Below are positions 63,378 through 64,000 of a stretch of 64,000 nucleotides of DNA, one piece after another (position 1 is the first letter of the stretch; each line of letters starts with the position of its first letter). The position numbers were made by a program, and so were the translations under genes. The notes under the pieces are model-generated. The model did no database searches, was not told the origin of the DNA, and was given only the letters and a program-made list of their open reading frames with translations. The DNA lies in assembly GCF_009914755.1 (NCBI RefSeq), contig NC_060947.1; one strand, written 5' to 3'. The stretch comes from the human T2T-CHM13v2.0 reference genome, Homo sapiens.

Positions 63378-64000
63378 GTTGATGGAGATAAGTGGCTTCT
63401 AAACCAGTGCCAGATAATGAGGAAGAAGATGTAGAAGAAGCAGTGCCAGAAAACACATTGACATCGGACTATCTGGCAGAAGCGTTCTGATTATTCATGA
63501 CTTTTTTGACTTCTTTTATAACGTAGATCCTTCTATGATACAGGCACTAAAACTAAAGCAAATAGTGGAAGAAGGATTGGTATCATATAGAAACATTTTA
63601 GAGAAATGAAAAGGCAAAAAGTTCAGACAGAAATTGCAATGTATTTCCATAAGGTTACACCAAGTGTGCCTGCCCCTCCTGCCTCCCCTTCCACCTTCTC
63701 TACCTCTTCTGCCTCTATCACTCCTGAAACAGTAAGACCACCTTCTCCTCTTCCTTCTCCTTTTCAGCCTACTCAACGTGAAGATTATAAGAATGAAGAT
63801 CTTCATGATGATCCACTTCCATTTAATAAATAGAAAATATATTTTTTCTTTTTTATGATTTTCTTAATAACTTTCTTTTCTCTAGCTTACTTTATTGTAA
63901 GAATACAGTATATAATACATATAACTTACAAAACATGTGTTAATCAACTATTTATGTTATTGGTAAAGCTTCCAGTCAACAGTAGGCTATTAGTAGTTAC
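63378..64000 (+). mobile_element. Tigger2-family DNA transposon 3' part
   Basis: GATGATCCACTTCCATTTAAT...CAGTCAACAGTAGGCTATTAGTAGTTA. Confidence 0.85.

Overview
This is AT-rich primate (most likely human) genomic DNA, largely transposon-derived, and I see no intact host protein-coding gene. It contains many Alus, L1 fragments, MaLR/ERV1 LTRs, a full THE1 element, a one-LTR MER41 provirus, a twin-primed 5'-inverted L1PA3, MER5 and Tigger2. The main structure is a ~9.7 kb composite at ~43767-53464. It is a processed retrocopy of a non-canonical FMN2 (formin 2) transcript, bounded by a poly(A) and a degenerate target-site duplication (TSD) inside an old L1M. A HERV9/LTR12 provirus later inserted into it in the same orientation. 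The proviral 3' LTR is absent and the env tail is fused directly to FMN2 exon-5 (FH1) sequence, so the LTR12 promoter points through the provirus into the formin polyproline region and the retrocopy's own poly(A) signal. Two non-TE inverted duplications are also present: 153 bp at 152/153 identity with template-switch-like junction sequence, and ~138 bp lying 4.1 kb apart. Repeat subfamily names and FMN2 exon numbers come from my recall of consensus and reference sequences, not from a search.
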